This document shows positions 60,055-64,000 of a stretch of DNA of 64,000 bases, in pieces (the first letter of the stretch is position 1; every line of letters begins with the position of its first letter). A program made the position numbers and the translations under genes. The notes beneath the pieces are model-generated. The model was not told where the DNA came from. It did not search any database and saw only the letters and a list, made by a program, of their open reading frames with translations. Origin of the DNA: the human T2T-CHM13v2.0 reference genome, Homo sapiens; the NCBI RefSeq assembly GCF_009914755.1, contig NC_060928.1. One strand, given 5' to 3'.

Positions 60055-61103
60055 ATCTTTATTATGTTCTAATATAAGCATTTGAAGCTTCATATTTCTC
60101 CCTAAGAACTGCTTTAGCTTCATCCCATATTTTTTGAGATTTTGTATCATCATTTTTGTTTAGTTCAAAATAATCTCTAAATTTCCTTGTAATTTCTTCT
60201 TGATCCACTTGTTATTTAGAAATGATATTTATTGCTTTCTATCAGATTGGTGAGTAAACAAATAAATGTTATTTAAATATAGAAACATTTGAGAAGTTTC
60301 CAAAATTCCTTCTGTTGTTCAGTTTCAACTTAATTCTGTTTGAATTGGACAATATACTTCAGATGGTTTCAATTATTATTAATTTATTTAGACTTGTTGG
60401 ATCCTGTTTTTATTTTAAATCAAATCTGACAGCCTCTGTGTTTTGATTCCACTTGCATTTAATGAACATATTGATATGGTAGGACTTAAATTTGCTATTT
60501 AACTATTTCTTTTCTATATGTCATCTTTCTTCGTTCTTTTATTCCTATTCCCTTCTTTTGAGCTGAATATATATTTTCCAGTGTACTATGTACATTCATT
60601 TCCACAATATATTTAGCTTCATTTTAGAGATTGTTGTAATGTTTACAATATGCATCTTAAAACAATCTACCTCAAATTAATAACTTAATTCATGTTATAT
60701 ATAGAAGCTTTATTCTAATATAGTTTCCTTGTCATCCCCTTCTTTGTGTTATTATTGTCTTTCTAATTATGGCTCTCTATTATATAAATAACACAATTTT
60801 TAAAATTTGTGTTCTACAGTTCTCTTTTAAATCATTTAGATGAAGAAATGTTTTAAATATATATACATTTATTTGTAAAGTTTTTTTATATTTACCTACT
60901 TTATTGCCTTCCTTAGTGCTTTTTATTTCATCTTGTGGATCCAAGATATCATCTTTCAGACTGAAAGACTCACTTTATTATTTGTTGTAGGCAGGGATGC
61001 TGTTGAACTCCATTTTGTTTATCTAAAAATATATTTTTTTAATGTTTAAATTATAGTTTTCCTGGATAGCAAATTCTTGTCTGATAGTCTTACTCTTTTA
61101 GTA

Positions 61104-62480
61104 TGTTGATGGAAAACAAAACCAAAGTGTAAAATATTTAAAGAGGTTTATTCTGAACGAATATGAGTGATCAGGTCATTCATATCTACATATCAAAGAA
61201 GCTCAACTAATTTAGAAGTATGCACTCAAAGAGATTCACACCATAGTCAAACTGTTGAAAGCCAAATCAAAGAGAAAAGTTTAAAAGGAGAAAGAGGAAA
61301 ATAACTCATCACATACAAGGAAATATATGTCTCATGGTCAGGAGAACAGTCTCAAGAGGACCTCAGAAAGTGTGCCAAGAGTCGGGTTACAGTTTGGTGT
61401 TACACATTTTAGAGACACATGAACTTGAGTCAAATCATTAATCAATACTTGGAAGGTGTACATTCATTCAGCCTAAAGAGCAAGGATATCTGGAAGTCAG
61501 AGCTTACAGATCATAGGTGGATTCAAACATTTTCTGATTGGCAATTGGTTGAAAGAGTTAGACTTTGTCTAAAGGCTTGAAGTCAGTAAAAGAAAGACAT
61601 GCTTAAATGGAGATAAGGGGGATTATGGAGGCCAAGGTTCTTATTATGTAGATGAAGCCTCCTAGGTAGCAGCCTTCAGAGAAAATAGATGGTAAATACC
61701 TCTTTTCAAAGTTTAAAGGTGTCAGACTCTCATTTAATCTCTTCTAGATTTGGGAAAGAACTATGATATAGTTTGGATACTTGCCCTCACCCAAATCTCA
61801 CGTTGAAACCTGATCCCCAGTGTTGGAGGTAAAGCCTAGTGGGAGGTGTTTTTGTCGTGGGAGCAGATCCCTCATGGCGTGGTGCTGTCCTTATGATAGA
61901 GAGTGAGTTCTTGTGAGATCTGGTCACTTAAAAATATATGACACCTTCTTTCCCATTCTCTCTTTTGCTCTTGGTCTCATCATGTGACATGCCTGCTCTG
62001 CTTCACCTTCCACCATGAGGTAAATCTCCCTGAGGCCTCCTCAGAAGCTGAGCAGATGCCGTCACCATGCTTCCTATTCAGCCAGAAGATCAGTTAGCCA
62101 AGTAAACCTCTTTCCTCTATAAATCACCCAGTCTCAGATATTTCTTTATGGCAATGAAAGAACAACCTAACACAGCCTAGAAAGGAAAAGCCTGGCTGCA
62201 TTAATGGAGATTCTCCACAGCTGCAAAATTATTTTACAAAAGACAGCTTTGCAGGGCCATTTCAAAATATTTCAAAGAAATATATTTTGGGCTAACATAT
62301 TTTGATTTCCTTTAAAAATCAGCTATCTGTCATGTGATGCTATGCAGGGTCACGTTGGAATTTGGTATCTTATTGCCACAAAGTCTTTTGTGTGAGTCTT
62401 ATGAGCTCTGGAGTCCCATTGGCAGAGAAGGGCTCTGTTCAGTTGGCTGGGGGCCTAGGATCTTATATTTGTTTGGCAAG
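61104..62480 (-). mobile_element. MER4-group LTR
   Basis: tgtaaaatatttaaagaggtttattctga…cataggtggattcaaacattttctgattggcaattggttgaaagagtta. Confidence 0.82.
61764..62173 (+). mobile_element. MSTA/MSTB solo LTR nested in the MER4-group LTR
   Basis: tgatatagtttggat…cccaaatctcacgttgaa…ccctgaggcctcctcagaagctgagcagatgcc…ctaacaca. Confidence 0.9.
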
Positions 62481-64000
62481 TCTGACATATAGTGAACATG
62501 TCATCTCACTGCCTTCCAGACACCATAGATTCTGATGAAAAAATCAGCTACTAATCTTTTTTATATTTCCTGGTATGTGATGAGTTATTTTCCTCTTTCT
62601 CCTTTTAAACTTTTCTCTTTGGTTTGGCTTTCAACAGTTTGACTATGGTGTGAATCTCTTTGAGTGCATACTTCTAAATTAGTTCAGCTTCTTTGATACG
62701 TAATCTTTTTCAACTTATTTGGGAAGTTTTTGGCTACTATATTTGCAAATAGTTTTTCCATCTCTTTATCTTCTGTTCTTATGGGACCCCCATTACCTGT
62801 TTGTGAGTATGCTTCTTTGTGTTCCACGTGTCTTTGAAGCTCTGTTCATTTTATCCTCATTCATTCTTCTTGTGATTCCTGAATGGATAAACGCTATTGA
62901 TTTATTTTCAAGTTCCCTGATTCTTTCCTCTTTTAGCTTAAATCTGGTTTTGATACCATCTAATGAATTTTTCACAGTACTTTTTTACTTTTCAAATCCA
63001 GAATTGTTTTATGTTTTATTTATATGATTTTGTTGATTATTTAGTGAGTCATAATTGTCATACTTTCCTTTACTTCTTTAAAGATACTAGCATTTAGTAC
63101 TTTGAAGATATTTTAATAAATGATTTAAATTTTTTCTCTAAAGTCCAACATCTGGCCTCCATAAGGAAATAATTTCATTGGCTGCATCTTTTTTGTGTAT
63201 GGTCCATACTTTTTTGTTTGTTTGTATGTCTTATATATTTTTGTTGTTGAAAACTAGATATTTTAAATAATATATTTTAGCCATGCTGGAATCAAAATCT
63301 GCCCCCTCCAGAGATTTTTTTTTGTTTCTTTTGCTCCTGTGTATCTGTTTATTTGTTTAGCAGCCTTTCTTGGGTAACTCTTCAGATTCTGTATTTCTTG
63401 TAGCATACAACTAGTGAGTTCTCTGATCACATCTATTCATTTTCTTTTTCTTTCAACTTTTGAAAAAAAGTCACTTTATATAAGTATCCCCTGTGTCACC
63501 ATAGTTCAGTGCTTAGCCAGTTATCAATTGTTAAAGGCCTCAAGTCAGTAAATGTTCTATATCTTGCCTGGGCATACACATAGCTCTCTTTAAGCAAACA
63601 CCTTTCTGGAACTCCAGTATGATTATCTGTTTACCAGGTCTTTCTTTCAAGTTTTAATTAAGCAGGCTATTTTCATTTTTGCCAAATAAAAACACAGTTT
63701 TAGGCAGCTACAATAACTAACAATTTTATTTAATTACTATTGTTTTTGATAGTGCCCCAAGGACATGGCTTTCTCCACAGTGTTGAATTCAGATAGAAAA
63801 AAAATAATGACAACACTCTAGGAATGTGAATTTTCACTGAGCTTCTACTGCACTGATAAAAAAATATTTAGATTGCTCTGGGGATGTGCTTTAATTGAAT
63901 TCCAAAAGAAGTAAGGTTCCTTTGTTGGCTACAATGCTGCTGACTTTTCATGGCTACTGCTTTACTCAGCTGGATATGTGTACAGGGGTGAGGGGAGAAA

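Overview
This is AT-rich primate genomic DNA, most likely human or ape given AluY-like, AluS, AluJ, L1PA/PB/M, THE1/MST and MER4-group elements. It is dominated by decayed, nested transposons, and no prokaryotic features are present. Family and subfamily names come from recalled consensus motifs, so they and most element boundaries are approximate. Three things go beyond repeat annotation. (1) A candidate minus-strand four-exon gene: a GC-rich, tandemly duplicated promoter-like region near 49.1-49.7 kb, exons with canonical splice sites that join in frame into a 163-aa ORF, and an AATAAA downstream. (2) Five local templated duplications of 39-137 bp copied from within about 2.4 kb, plus one snap-back patch. 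(3) An apparent ~4 kb segment inserted into the middle of an Alu.
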